Assembly (NCBI GenBank): GCA_001179505.1 | Contig: CDMY01000616.1 | Location: 1-42,127 of the forward strand | Origin: Vitrella brassicaformis CCMP3155 | Taxonomy: Eukaryota > Protista > Chromerida | Direction of reading: 5' to 3' | DNA: 42,127 nt | Shown here: piece after piece, positions 11,721 to 23,156 of the stretch | Layout of the letters: the number at the start of each line of letters is the position of its first letter | How positions within the stretch are numbered: position 1 is the first letter of the stretch | Notes under the pieces: model-generated | What the model was told of the DNA's origin: nothing | Seen by the model: only the letters and a program-made list of their open reading frames with translations | The model's database searches: none | Made by a program: the position numbers and the translations under genes

Positions 11721-14022
11721 TCAGCCGTTGTCAATGACATCTGACGACAGACAAAGAGGACAGACAGGCAGCAATCATGACACACACACATGCACGTGGG
11801 CTTGTTGCAATGCGTGTGTGAGTGAGTCAGCGTGTGTGTACTTTCGACATCCATCGTGACGACATAGGTGGGGACCACATGCTCTCTGACACACTCCTCG
11901 CCAGACGTCCTCTCGTACCCCTGCGTATGCAAAGAAAAGCGATGAGAGACATTGCATGCCGCCCGTGTCTCGTCAGGTTTGTGCGTGCCTGCGGACACGA
12001 GAGCGTCCCCTGGCGAAATATCAGCTGAATGCACTGGCCGCGCTGGTACTCGTAACCTGATGGGAGGCACACACACACACACACACACAATCACACAATC
12101 ACACCAATCGAGTCGGTTGGTGAGTGAGAGCGTCACCTCACCTAGTGGACATGCCACCTCAGGCTCGATCCTCTCCACCTTCACGCATACACCCTCCGCC
12201 AACCGGTCGCCATCAGAGCACTCCTGTCTGTATGGCCGCCTCCTTTGTCGGCAGCATCGGTCCTCACTGGCACCGCAGGTGTGGAAGTCCCGCGGGCACC
12301 TGAACTCGGGCTCCTCGTACGAAACCTCCATGCACTCGGGGATGCCATTGTCCTCATCCACGCCGCCGAGGTCGAATTCGCTGCCTGGCGGGCACTCGAA
12401 CATGGGCATCTCGCGGAGAATCTTCAACACGCACAGACACGAGAAGGTTCGTGCATAGGCAGGCAAGAGACAGGAGGGATCTGTCGCGTCGCCTTTCTCC
12501 TACCTGTATGCAGCTGTCAGGGTCTTCAGGGTCACGAACGAGGCCGGTAGGGCATTTGATGATCATTCGCTGGCAGCCGTCGCCATTCAGCTCGACGGCT
12601 GGCAGGTGCTCGCCATTGAGCTGGCGGTCGCGCTGCGTGTGGATGTCACACCCCACTGTGGCGGGGTACATATTGCGAGACACACAGGACACCTGACCTT
12701 CAACGCGCGACTCCCCATAGCCTTGCAGACAAAGAGCGTGTGTGCATGTAGGTGTCGCAACAACCAGGCCCTTATATAGTTACCTGGCGGGCACTGACGC
12801 TCCAGGGAGAGAGATATCCTCCTGACACACTCGAAATCGCCAGACTCTTGATCCACAAATCCGTCGGGACACGCCAATTGTGGCTCGACGTCCACTGTAT
12901 CGTCCACACAAGTGCTCCCTTCGTCGGTGGTGCTGCATGGACTGGGGGGCGATGCGGAATCTTCGCTGGTGAAAAGGCAGGTGGTCGTTGACTCGACGAG
13001 TGTTGAGCCACGAGGACAGCGCAATTCGCGGCGGCTGAGCTCGACGTCAAAGCACTCACCGTCAGTGAGAAGAGTCGCTGCGACACAGAACGGAGGAACA
13101 CACATACAAAGGGGAGGCATCACGTGGATGTCGCGTCTCTTCCCTCATCGTCTTACCATTGCACACATATAGGGGTTCGATCGTCTCCATCGCCACGCAA
13201 TCGCCGTCTTCGTCGAGTACCCCACCCGCCGCACAGCCAAGCTCTGGCGGCAGCGAGTCGACAGCCACGCAGAAGTCCCCCGACAAAGCACTTTTGTTGA
13301 AGCCATTCGGGCATGGTGGCTCTGCCCCCGGTGTGGCCTTGGCCTTGAGCAGGCACATCCCTCGATGCATGTCATACGGCTCGGGGCAGGTTTTGATGGG
13401 AACACGGGCCACAGACTTGACGCAGACGAGCCCAGAGGCATCCAGGTGCAAGCCCTGCACACAGACAAGGGACATGTGGGACATGTGATCGATATTCAAA
13501 CCACATAATAGGGGCAGGTCTTACTGCAGAGCAGTGGTTCTTCGGCTTGGCAGTGTACACTATCACACAGTCACCGTCACCGTCGTCCCATCCGTCCGGA
13601 CATCCGAGTGAGGGGGGGCTTTCGAACTTCATGACGCACCTGCCCCGCTCCAGGTTATACCCCTGTTCGCAGCTGAGCTCCGCAGCGGCCCACCGTCGCT
13701 CCACACATGCTATCTCCTCGTCATCCGATTCGGCGTTTCGCTCGGCACGAGAGCCCTCGGGACATGTCACCTGACACGTGTGTGAGGGATGGCAACACAC
13801 AAACCGGCAGATCTACCCTTCATTCGGCTCCTTGCCTTCGCAGGCCCGACCCCCACCAACCTGAGGTGGGATGCGGGTCATCTTGACGCATTCGTCTCTC
13901 AGCTCATCCATCTGGTACTTGTCCGGACAAAAGCTTTCCTGGGCGACAGACAGCAGAGCGAAGACGACGGAGACGAGCACCAGAGCGAATATGAAGACAA
14001 CCAACGCCGCCCTCAGCCGCAT
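11721..14022 (-). CDS. Oocyst/cyst wall protein-like (COWP/OWP family), Cys-rich and secreted, multi-exon
   Basis: Signal peptide MRLRAALVVFIFALVLVSVVFALLSVAQ, then tandem CPxG(Y/F)...C repeats (CPEG, CPDGW, CPNGF, CPRG, CPDGF, CPPG, CPLGY, CPQGY) with regular Cys spacing and acidic composition. Ends ...NVIDNG*. Confidence 0.85.
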
Positions 14023-14247
14023 CTGCCAGATCCTCGGTCCTCCAGAACACACACCAGCACCTCACTCGAGAGCACCCTCGGGTGACCAACTCACTTCCTT
14101 CGCAGACAACAAATGCATGGTACGAACGCTGTCAAAAGTAACACAATAGCGAAGCCAACCGCAGGCGAGATCGCGAGACCAACGGTTTTCTGGAGCCGTT
14201 TACTGAGGGATTCGCCCGTGTGTGTCGGTCTGCTGCCTGCCTCGTAT

Positions 14248-17079
14248 ATGGTCCCCCTTTCGATGACCTGCTCTGCTCCTCGTGACCTCTGTACGCCAGC
14301 TCTGTATGTAAGCATCTTCCTTGCTGTGTGCGTCGCCTCGGACGGAAAACACTCACTGCGTAGATACGATATCTCGGGACGCCGCAGACTGCAAGGCAAG
14401 CAATGCAGGACAGAAAAGGACAGAGCGCAGCAGGCAGCCACAGCGTGTAGCGCAGTAGCGAACATCTGTGTGTGAGTGTGAAATGAGCAGATGAGGCCAG
14501 TGTCAGGGGCGGCATTTCAGCGGCCATTGAGGCGGTCGTCAAGCCGACCCATGGGATTCAGCTCGATTCTGTCATGCTTGACCTCGCTCTTCACGCAATG
14601 GAAGACGTAAGTACCCTCGCGCACTGCACACTCACAATCCCCACCCTACCTAGTCTCACTGTGTTGCTGGGTCCGTCCGGTGATGCCTGCAGGTATTTTA
14701 CGAGAGCCAGCAGCAGGCGTCGGGAAACGCCACTTCATCAGTATCCGCGATCGACCCGTTCGGCCTATCGTCGGGTTTCGGTCCATCCTTCCAGCGACAT
14801 CGAGGTCTTCTCCGCGACCCTTCGAAGCTGCCACTCTTTGCAGAAGCGACGCACACAGTGGCAACTCAGGAGGGCGTATACGCTGATATCACCATCGATC
14901 CGAGACTCGCCACCTTTGATGGCTTACGGACCACCATGGCACAGCTAGACGCACTCAATGTCACCCACCTCACCCAGTACCGACACGTCATCGGCGGACT
15001 CGTGCCGTTCCACAACATTGCTGGTGTGGCCGAGATGGAGAGCGTGCGCGTCCTGCGGGCGTCGCAGGCCCGTGTGGTGCCCGTTGCGGACGCGTCGGTG
15101 GACAAGGAGGCTGCGTCTGCCCGAGAGATGTATGGTGTCAACGGGTCGACGGTGAGGTGTGTGGGGGTGCTATCTGACTCTTTCAACAACACCCGCAATT
15201 TTCAAGATGACATCGATGTGGTCGCGGAGACCGATACGGCTGATGGCAACGATGAGGTAGGGGAGACGAGGCAATGGATTGGGTTCACCCATCCGTGTGG
15301 AGCTGCCTTTGTCTGTCTGTGTGCAGGGTGCTAGGATAATGCGGCAGGTGCATGAGGCCCTGCCTGGCCTGAGGAGCTTCGCTTTCAACACTGCCCTTCA
15401 CGGCCAGGCGGCCTTCGCCGCGGGCATCGAGAGCCTCACCGAGCAGACGGGCTGCAACGTCCTGGTACATCAGACATTGGCACGGTGCATGCGCGGACAC
15501 CAGGCGGCTCGTGCATCATGTGTCATCAGGTGGATCATGTGACCGTGTTGCAAGAGCCCTTTTTCGCCGACTCCGTCATCGCAGAGGCGATCGACACCGT
15601 GGCCGCGAAGAACACCTCCTACTTCTCTGCCGCAGGTGAGGGGGCGGCGGCGCCACGTGCAGAGAGAGGAGGACAGCAGGCGATTGTCTATGTGTCTGGT
15701 TGGTCAGGAGGATTCGACGCTGCGGGTCTCTTCGAGACGTATGAGGACTCCGGCGTCAGCGAGACCGTCTCGCTCTTCGGACGTAAGAAGGCAAAGGGCA
15801 CAACCAGCACTGAGACAGCCACTGGGCGAGGAGTTGTCTGTTTGCCGTCTGTTGCTAATAGGGTCCCTCCCGTACACGTGGCACAAGTTTTCGAGTACAT
15901 CAGACTTCGACCTGCCCATCAGGATAGCCGCAAACACCACCGCCACTCTCGTGCTGGTCAGTGAGCGGGGGGTCAGGGGATGCATCCACCTTCATCATCC
16001 ACACACGCCTGTGTCATGCCGATGTCTGTCTGTACACGTGTGCGCAGAACTGGGCTGACCCTTATGTGTCTGCAGCTGGTACAGGCACACACAGACACCC
16101 CTTGGGCACTCATCCACGGAATCTTCCCACTGTGTTGCCCTATGCAGGCGAGTCTTCTGGTGGTGCTCTGACCGACTTGGACCTCTTTCTTTTCACGCCT
16201 GACGGCGCCGACGTGTTGGCGAGCGGCATCTCGAGCAACAAAGGGGCAGACCCCATCGAAATCGCCTACTTCACTGTAACAGAGAGAGACGAAAAGCAAG
16301 AGAGGTCGTATTGTGCATGTCCCTGCTGTGTGTCGTCTGTCAGAACGACGGCCCTGGAGAGGACTTCATCGTGCGTGTGGGCAAGTACATCACACACAAG
16401 TAGGCACACACACCAGCAGAGTCGAGGCAAGCAAGCTGTCGGCACCCTGGGCGTGTGCGTGTGTGTTCAGCGCCTCCACATCCGAGGCCGACTTCGAGTC
16501 GCCCGATCCCGACCACATCGGACTCGTTGGCTTCTCCGTCATCGACGTCCACGGCCACATGAAGGGACCCACTCAGTATGGTCACTCGACAGCTGCGGGC
16601 GCATCGGCCGTCGAAGCACCACAAACCGAGGTACGCATCACATCAAGCCAAGGGCGATGTTCATGTTCACCCGTCAATCAGGGCCCGCTGAATTTTCCCC
16701 TCCTGTATGACGCGACCGGCCAGCGGCTTCCCGAGGTCACCTACCGCCCCACAGCCGGCTTCGCATCCGCCGACGCTGCACAGGTGGTGGCCCTCGCCGC
16801 CATGATCAGGGAGAGCGACGAAGCCCTGACGCCAACAGAGGTCAACACAGTCATCCAACAGACCAATGGTGAGCGAGATGAGACACACGGGGGCTGATGG
16901 GTGCATGTGTGGTTGGTTCGTTGCTTGTCGCGACTGCAGCCAGCGTGACGGCTGCGTTGGCGGCGTTGAAGGATGGGTCGTGGAGGGCGGCAGCGGCGCC
17001 GGGCGAGAGTGCTGGTGCTGGAGACGAGGGCACCAGTGGTGATCAGCAGCACGACGAGGAGATGCTGGGGACTGCGTGA
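14248..17079 (+). CDS. Secreted subtilase-like (S8/S53-like, bacterial type) protein with degenerate catalytic motifs, about 13 exons
   Basis: The spliced model gives YGVNGSTVRCVGVLSDSF, NDEGARIMRQVHEALPG, VDHVTVLQEPFFADSVIAEAID, YFSAAG, NWADPY, TDLDLFLF, GADPIEI, PTQYGHSTAAGASAV and ALAAMIRESDEALTP, collinear with the bacterial GVxGxGxxIGVISD / DEGRAM / EPFFQDG / LTP peptidase family. Hydrophobic N-terminus followed by RRLQ. The first intron needs a GC donor. Confidence 0.8.
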
Positions 17080-18300
17080 TGACGTGTCTATGACTGTGAC
17101 GGTGACTGTGCTGTGCTGTGCTGCCATGTTGGTTGTGCGTGTGGGTCCATAGACCATCTGTCTGTCTATCTGTCTGCCTATTTGCATTTTTGTCCGTACG
17201 CACGTAGGGGGCCAGCCAGGCTGCCTTGTAGACTGGCTGGCCGGCTGGCGGGTGCGTATGCGCAAATGCATATATGCATGCAGGCATGGCGCCGTCGGTG
17301 GTTAGGTCGGTCGGTCGGTCGGTCGGCCGGTCGAGTGGATGTATCGCATTTGCGCCGTCTGGCCTCCCTGTCTCTCTCTCCCCTCTCTCTCTCTCTCTCT
17401 CTCTCTGAGCTCCACCCAGCAACGTAGTGAGACGCGTGTCAGATCGCAATGAAAGCCACCAATGCATCCATGGATGTATAGGCAATGGACACAAAATTGA
17501 GGGCATTTGGTAAGACAAGTGCGTGGTGGTGTCGTGTGTGTCTGTCGTGTGTGTGCCCTGCCTGCCTTCATGTGTCCGGTTTTCAAACTGGCCCCACGTG
17601 TATGTATGTGTGTCTGTCTGTCTGTCTGTCTGTGTGTACGCGCGCATGAGTGTATGAGAATGCTTTCATAACTCATTTGTCCCGCCTCTCTCCTCCCCTC
17701 CCTCTGTCTGTCTGTCTGTCTAATCTCTCGCTGCCTGCAGCTTGCTGTGTGTGCGTATTTGTGCACGTCCGTGTGTGTGAGTGTGTGTCGGGACATACAG
17801 ATCGATCGGCGCTTTTATACATGTCATATGGTGTGTGTGCGTGTGCGTGTGCGTGTACGTGTGTGTGCGCATGTGGCTGGTTGCACAAATATGTGCATAT
17901 ATTTACAGACATGCCTGCACACATGGACACACGTCATCTCGTGCTGACTGTCTGAGTGAATGTATAGACCTTTCAGCCCTCCTTCGTTCATCGCTTCATT
18001 GTGTCTGCTCGCTGTCTGTCGCTTCGCTTCATTCCACACACAACGCAACACATACAGTCCATCGTAGTCATGCAGATCATTCACTGTGAGTCTCTCAGTA
18101 CGCTGAAGTACCAACAGTCCCGGTGTATATCACCGTCAAGACAGCCAACCGTGTGTTCATCCATCCATCCGTCCGTCCGTCCGTCCGTCGTAAGGACAGA
18201 ATGCTCTCGCGTGCCGTTTTTGCGACGATCCAAGCGTCTCGCCCAACCAGCAGTGTTGCATCACACACAGAGAGAGGGATAGAGTTAGACAAACAGGACA
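17080..18300. repeat. Microsatellite-rich intergenic/3' UTR region
   Basis: (TC)n at about 17371-17406, plus (TG)n, (CTGT)n, (TCGG)n and (CCGT)n tracts, visible directly in the sequence. Confidence 0.8.
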
Positions 18301-18493
18301 GCCAGACAGACAAACACCCCTTTGCCCATCCCGTCGATAGCCCGCTGCCCTTTCAGTACCAGTACATCTGCCCCCCAACAGGCAGCCAGTTGATGTCAAT
18401 GTCACTGTCTGCCTCTCCCAAGGGAGGGCCAAAAACCGCCCCACCGCCGCCATTGTTGCCCTCCATGGCCTTGTGCGCAGTGTCCACACACCC

Positions 18494-20139
18494 TCACCGC
18501 CCACCGCTTGGCTGAGATTGCGGCGGCGGAGGTCTTTTCGCCGCTGCACTCCTTCCTCCTTTCGAGTGGTCGTCCGGCTCTGTTGAGGCGCTGGTCACTT
18601 CTGAGAGGCGGTATGTGGGGGTGGGCAAAATGGGAAACGGGAAGGGCAGGTGCGGCGGCGAGGCCGGGGGGGACGCAGCGCTCGACGAGGGCGTGAGGGA
18701 GGGCGGCGACGGCCCTCCTGGAGCGCCCAATGACGCCGCCTGTATCGCATCCTGGCTGCTGCTGCTGTGGTTGTTGTTTTGTCCCTCTGTCTGCCTTCGG
18801 TCCTTCTTGAGTTGTTTGTTATAGGCGCGGGATCTGTGGTCGGGGTGGTGGCAGAAGAGGCAGCCTGGCCCATTGCTGCACCGGTTGCTGCGCTTGAAGG
18901 CGAAGACGCAGGCGCGGCAGAAGCCCTCGGTGTGCCAGATGGACCCGATCGACATGGACTCTCCCGATGCTGTGCACGGAATCAAAGACGCCAGAGACGC
19001 TGCATATCAACAGACAAGGACAAATTTCTTTGTACGGCTTTCGCCTTCCCGTGTGTTTGGTGTAAGTGCTTACGCGTGACTTCCATGACTGTGTTGAAGG
19101 GCTCCTTCTTGCCCATGAGGGCCACAAGCCTCCTACGCAGCGCCTCCAGCACTTCTTTCTTCTCGTCCTCGCCCATCTCCTCCCCCAACACAGCAGCGGC
19201 TGGCAGGTCGTCCTCGTCGAGACATGCGAGCGCCATCCTCTCACCGAGATCATCAATCTCATCATTCGTGTCCTCCACATCAACCCCTCCCTGCTGGCCG
19301 CTGCTCGATGAGGGCTCCTCGGGCTCCGGCGCCTCCATCATGGCGTGGTGCGCGAAGGCCGGGCCCTCCTGCTGCTGGAAGGGGTGCAGCGTTGATATGA
19401 TCGGCGACAGCAGGGTGTCGGGATCTCCTGACGCCGCGGCAGACGGGTCTCCTTTTGTCTTTGACAGGGTCAGCGGAGACGGCAGCAGTGGCGAGTGAGA
19501 CCTGTCGGGCTGACCAGCAGCGGCCTTGTTGCCCCTGCAGCTTTCAATCCACTGCATGAATGGGTGCTCCGCCTGTGTGCCGACGTAGTGGTCGTACTGG
19601 CTGGCCGAGTAGCTCCTCTCCCTCTGGAGGGGCCGCGGCATCAGAAACGGATCGCCCTCGCCAGAAACGCCGCCCCACTCATACGACATCGTCAGGTCGT
19701 ACGCACCTACATGGCTGCCACGTGTGCTGTACCGCCCTGGCGACAGGGTGCTCGCGGGGCTGATGCCGCCCTCTGTCTCGTCAGTGGCCGTCAGAGCGAG
19801 GGGAGACGGCAGCTCACCGATAGCCGATTGGCATCCGAAGTACTCTGGTGTGAACCCATGAGGCGTGATGGGGAAGACGGGAAAACCTTGGTGTGGAAAC
19901 GGGTTGGGGAGGAGGGCCGGGGCCTCTTGGGCGGCCTGGGGCAGAGGAAGCAAACCACGCCTGCAAACCACAAATGACAATTTCAGGACGGAAATCGAAG
20001 TCACCATCCTTGTCGCTTACTCGTCGTCCGGAAGACACATTCCCGGAGGTCCTGACGCCATCGGCATGGCTCCCTCATGCTCCTGGTGGGGCCCGCCAGT
20101 GCGAGAAGCTGAGCCTCTCTTGTGGGCCATCGGAAGCAT
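18494..20139 (-). CDS. CCCH-type zinc-finger protein (SxGSxxH variant), 3 exons
   Basis: SIGSIWHTEGFCRACVFAFKRSNRCSNGPGCLFCHHPDH. Both introns have GTAAGC donors and consistent phases. Confidence 0.75.
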
Positions 20140-20554
20140 CCCCAGAACCTTCACGCCTCTCCAGGACGCTCAGGTGGCCCAGACGGCCGGCACGGACCGT
20201 CGAATGAGCACGTCTATGCCCAGGAACTGCAGGATGACGGGTCAGAAAAACTCGAGAGCCATTCGGAGGAAGAGCGATTGAAAACGGATAGTCGTTGCAC
20301 TTTGGCACCGACTGGTGAATGTCTCGGAGACTTGACACTTCCGTTTTCAAATGCGAGCTTCGAAACGGCCATCTAAGCTCGCAGGGGGAGATAGTGAACC
20401 GCTGCAGGAGAAAAGGGACAACGGCAGATCTACCCTCTTCCCGAACGACAAGAATCTCTTTGCAGGTGGGCAAATGCCGGTCCTCATTCAGGGCTTTCTT
20501 GTGTGTGCATCTGAGCCTGTGGGCGCTTACACTCAGATCTGACGCAGCAACACC

Positions 20555-21136
20555 ATGGCAGTGGCTGACCTGATCGCCTCAGGTATGCGCCGCACGCAGG
20601 CAGGCCCGTGAAGAGAAAGCAGACGGCCCTGTCGTGTTTGCACGGTGTCGTTTCAGGCCTGGCGGAGATTGTGTTTGCGGTGGTGGTGGTTGGGCTGATC
20701 ATGTGGCTGCCTTATGTCGACTGCGGGCCGAAGCACAACTCGGGCCACATGCTCATGTGCCAGTTCGCCATGGCGATCCACGGCATTCTGCAGTGCCTCC
20801 TCAGCCTGGCTCTCCCGGATGGTCTGTGGTATTATGGCGGCAGGTGAGCATCCGCAGGAATGACCTCACACGCAACACAGCACACTCGAGTGTATCTGTT
20901 GGCCTGCGTGTGTGCGTGATGCTGTGTGCAGCTGGTTTCTGGTGATCTTCTGCATCTTGTCGTGGGTGGTGCCGCTGCGGTTCTTCTTTGAGTCGTTCAG
21001 TGACAAGCTGCGCGGCAAGAAGTGGTGGCTGTTTCTGATGTTCTTCTGCTTCATCATCCTGAGCATCCAGTACGTGTGGATCTTCATCGAGTTCATGAGG
21101 AGGTACACCGGGGGATCCATCACCATACGCTTCTAG
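20555..21136 (+). CDS. Hypothetical multi-pass membrane protein (about 4 TM)
   Basis: MAVADLIASG|LAEIVFAVVVVGLIMWLP...GLWYYGGR|WFLVIFCILSWVVPLRFFF...WWLFLMFFCFIILSIQYVWIFIEF. Two GT-AG introns. The 3' end may vary. Confidence 0.6.
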
Positions 21137-21803
21137 ACAGGCAGACAGGCAGGCAGACAGGGGGACACACGAGCGTACGTGTACAGTGAGAGGATGCATG
21201 TCTGTCTGTTTCATACCGTCACACACGCGCGTCCGTTCTCTCTCTCTTCCTCCCTCCCTCAGATGAACGCCATCGACTGCACGAGTCGGTGTGGGGTTTT
21301 GGCATGCGTCGTGTGAGTGTCTGTGTCGTCGCATTTATGCGGTCTTGGCGTGTCATGTGTATTTCTCTGGCCATTTTCTAGATAAGGGGCTGCCTGACAT
21401 GTACATTGCCGTCGATGTGGGCCTTTTCTTGTGGTCGTTGTTTGCGTCAAGTGCATGGATGGATGATGGAGGATGCAGCTGGGAGAGCTGCACGAGGCCC
21501 CGCCATTTTGTCAAGCAGAGAGAGAGGTGGCTGTACTGACCGACCCACAGGCAGAGACGTGCCTCTGTTATGTGCCCATACATCACATTAAGTACACACG
21601 TACGTACACGTTTCTTTCTGATACACCCGCTTTATTGATGGCCCACGAACACTCTGTCCTGCTGTAAACCAGTCCGTGAGATGTCCGAGCTTGTCATGCG
21701 CGGGTCTTGTGGTGGAGGGTGAGCGAGACAGGCTGTGTAGCTGTGCCAATCGTCTGTGAATGCGCCTGTGATCTTTCCACCTCCGTCGGACTGCCATTGT
21801 TCG

Positions 21804-21858
21804 CAAGCTTCACTGAGAGGCGATGTCAATATCCACACGCGCCTCTCAGTGAAGCTTG
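21804..21858. repeat. Perfect 19-bp inverted repeat with 17-nt loop
   Basis: CAAGCTTCACTGAGAGGCG (21804-21822) and CGCCTCTCAGTGAAGCTTG (21840-21858). Confidence 0.9.
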
Positions 21859-22086
21859 AGCACCACAGTCATTCGACGAGGGGACAGAGCCGCCATTGAG
21901 TCGCTTTTGAGTCAGACAGAGGGAGGCGATTGAGGTTGTGTTGTTGCGTGTGTGTCGTGTGGCGGCTCTCGTGTGACACTCTCTCATTCCAGCTCGATCC
22001 GCACGGCATTGCGTAAACGCCACCGTACGGTATTGACCCAATTCCGCGTTGGGTGGGTGTGCTTCAGGGATGCCATGCCATCATGA

Positions 22087-22625
22087 CCATTACACGGACC
22101 ACTAGACGGCGTCGTCGTCGTTTTACCGCGAGCTTTGGCGAGCTTTTGCAGACCTTCCGTGGAAAGAATTGCACCCAGTGCCCGCACCCTTTGAGCACAC
22201 CACCAGCAAACAGCACACACCCCCACCTCAGGGGCGTCCAGGATCAGCGAAAAAAACGGTGAAAACACCACTACAGGCAAAGACGAAGCGAAGGGACGCA
22301 TCGATTACCACAGAAGAAGCATCTAAGCACAAGCAGCAATCCATAGGACATCCCCACGCCTCAGTGCCCTCCGACACCAGCAGAAAAGTTGGCAAAAGGA
22401 GCACCAGAAGTGGAGCACACAACAACGACACAGCGACAGCCATTACACGGACCACTAGACGGGTCGTTTTACCGCGAGCTATGCTAGCTTTTTCAGAAAA
22501 CCCGTGGAAGAAGTTGCATCCATTGCCCACACGATTCTCAGCACACCAGCAGCACACAGCACACCCCCCCACCTCAGGGGCGTCCAGGACGAGCGAAAAA
22601 AACGGTGAAAACAGCACCAGAAGCG
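22087..22625. repeat. Diverged tandem duplication, period about 353 bp
   Basis: CCATTACACGGACCACTAGACGG at 22087 and 22440. Both are followed by TCGTTTTACCGCGAGCT, CCCCACCTCAGGGGCGTCCAGGA and GCGAAAAAAACGGTGAAAACA. Confidence 0.85.
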
Positions 22626-23156
22626 GGGAACACACCAAGACAAACAGAGAGGGAACCAAAGGGACACTGCAGAAGGCACGCAGGAGGCCACACACCAGCG
22701 AACGAAACCCATAGAGCACGCTTGGCGCAAGAAGGGCAAAAGAAACGACGAAAAACGCACGCAGAAAGACGCTGCCACACGTCTGCCCCTCAAAGCGCAC
22801 AGAAAAGGTTGCTTTGAGCACCCAATGCCGTCTCAAGAGCCAAACAAACAGTTATTGCAGGCGGAGGCAGAAAGCAACGGTGAGAAAGGGCACTACGAAG
22901 CCGTCTCTTCGACTTCTCCCGCTCTCTCCAGAGTGATCTCGCGTCTCTCCAATGCATTCCTTCACATCGTTGCAGCTCTCTCCGCTCTTCTGTCGTCTCT
23001 CCACAACATCGTCTCTCCACTACACATACAACGCTAGCGCAGACTATCAGCGAATAAGAAGTTGAGGACATAGAGAAAATATTCCAGCCAACGATCCTGG
23101 CCAAGTACGTTAAGGCCGTCACGAATAATGAGACTTCGGCGCCTTCTCGTTGCGAC

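Noticed and set aside
14091-14465. 124-aa minus ORF that looks like signal peptide plus TM helix
   Set aside because: It overlaps antisense the first exon of the peptidase gene, which splices in phase into conserved sequence. No supported downstream exon.
16667-18114. Long ORFs rich in T/H/R/Q/D or C/V/L/S
   Set aside because: They are translations of (CA)n, (TG)n and (CAGA)n microsatellites.
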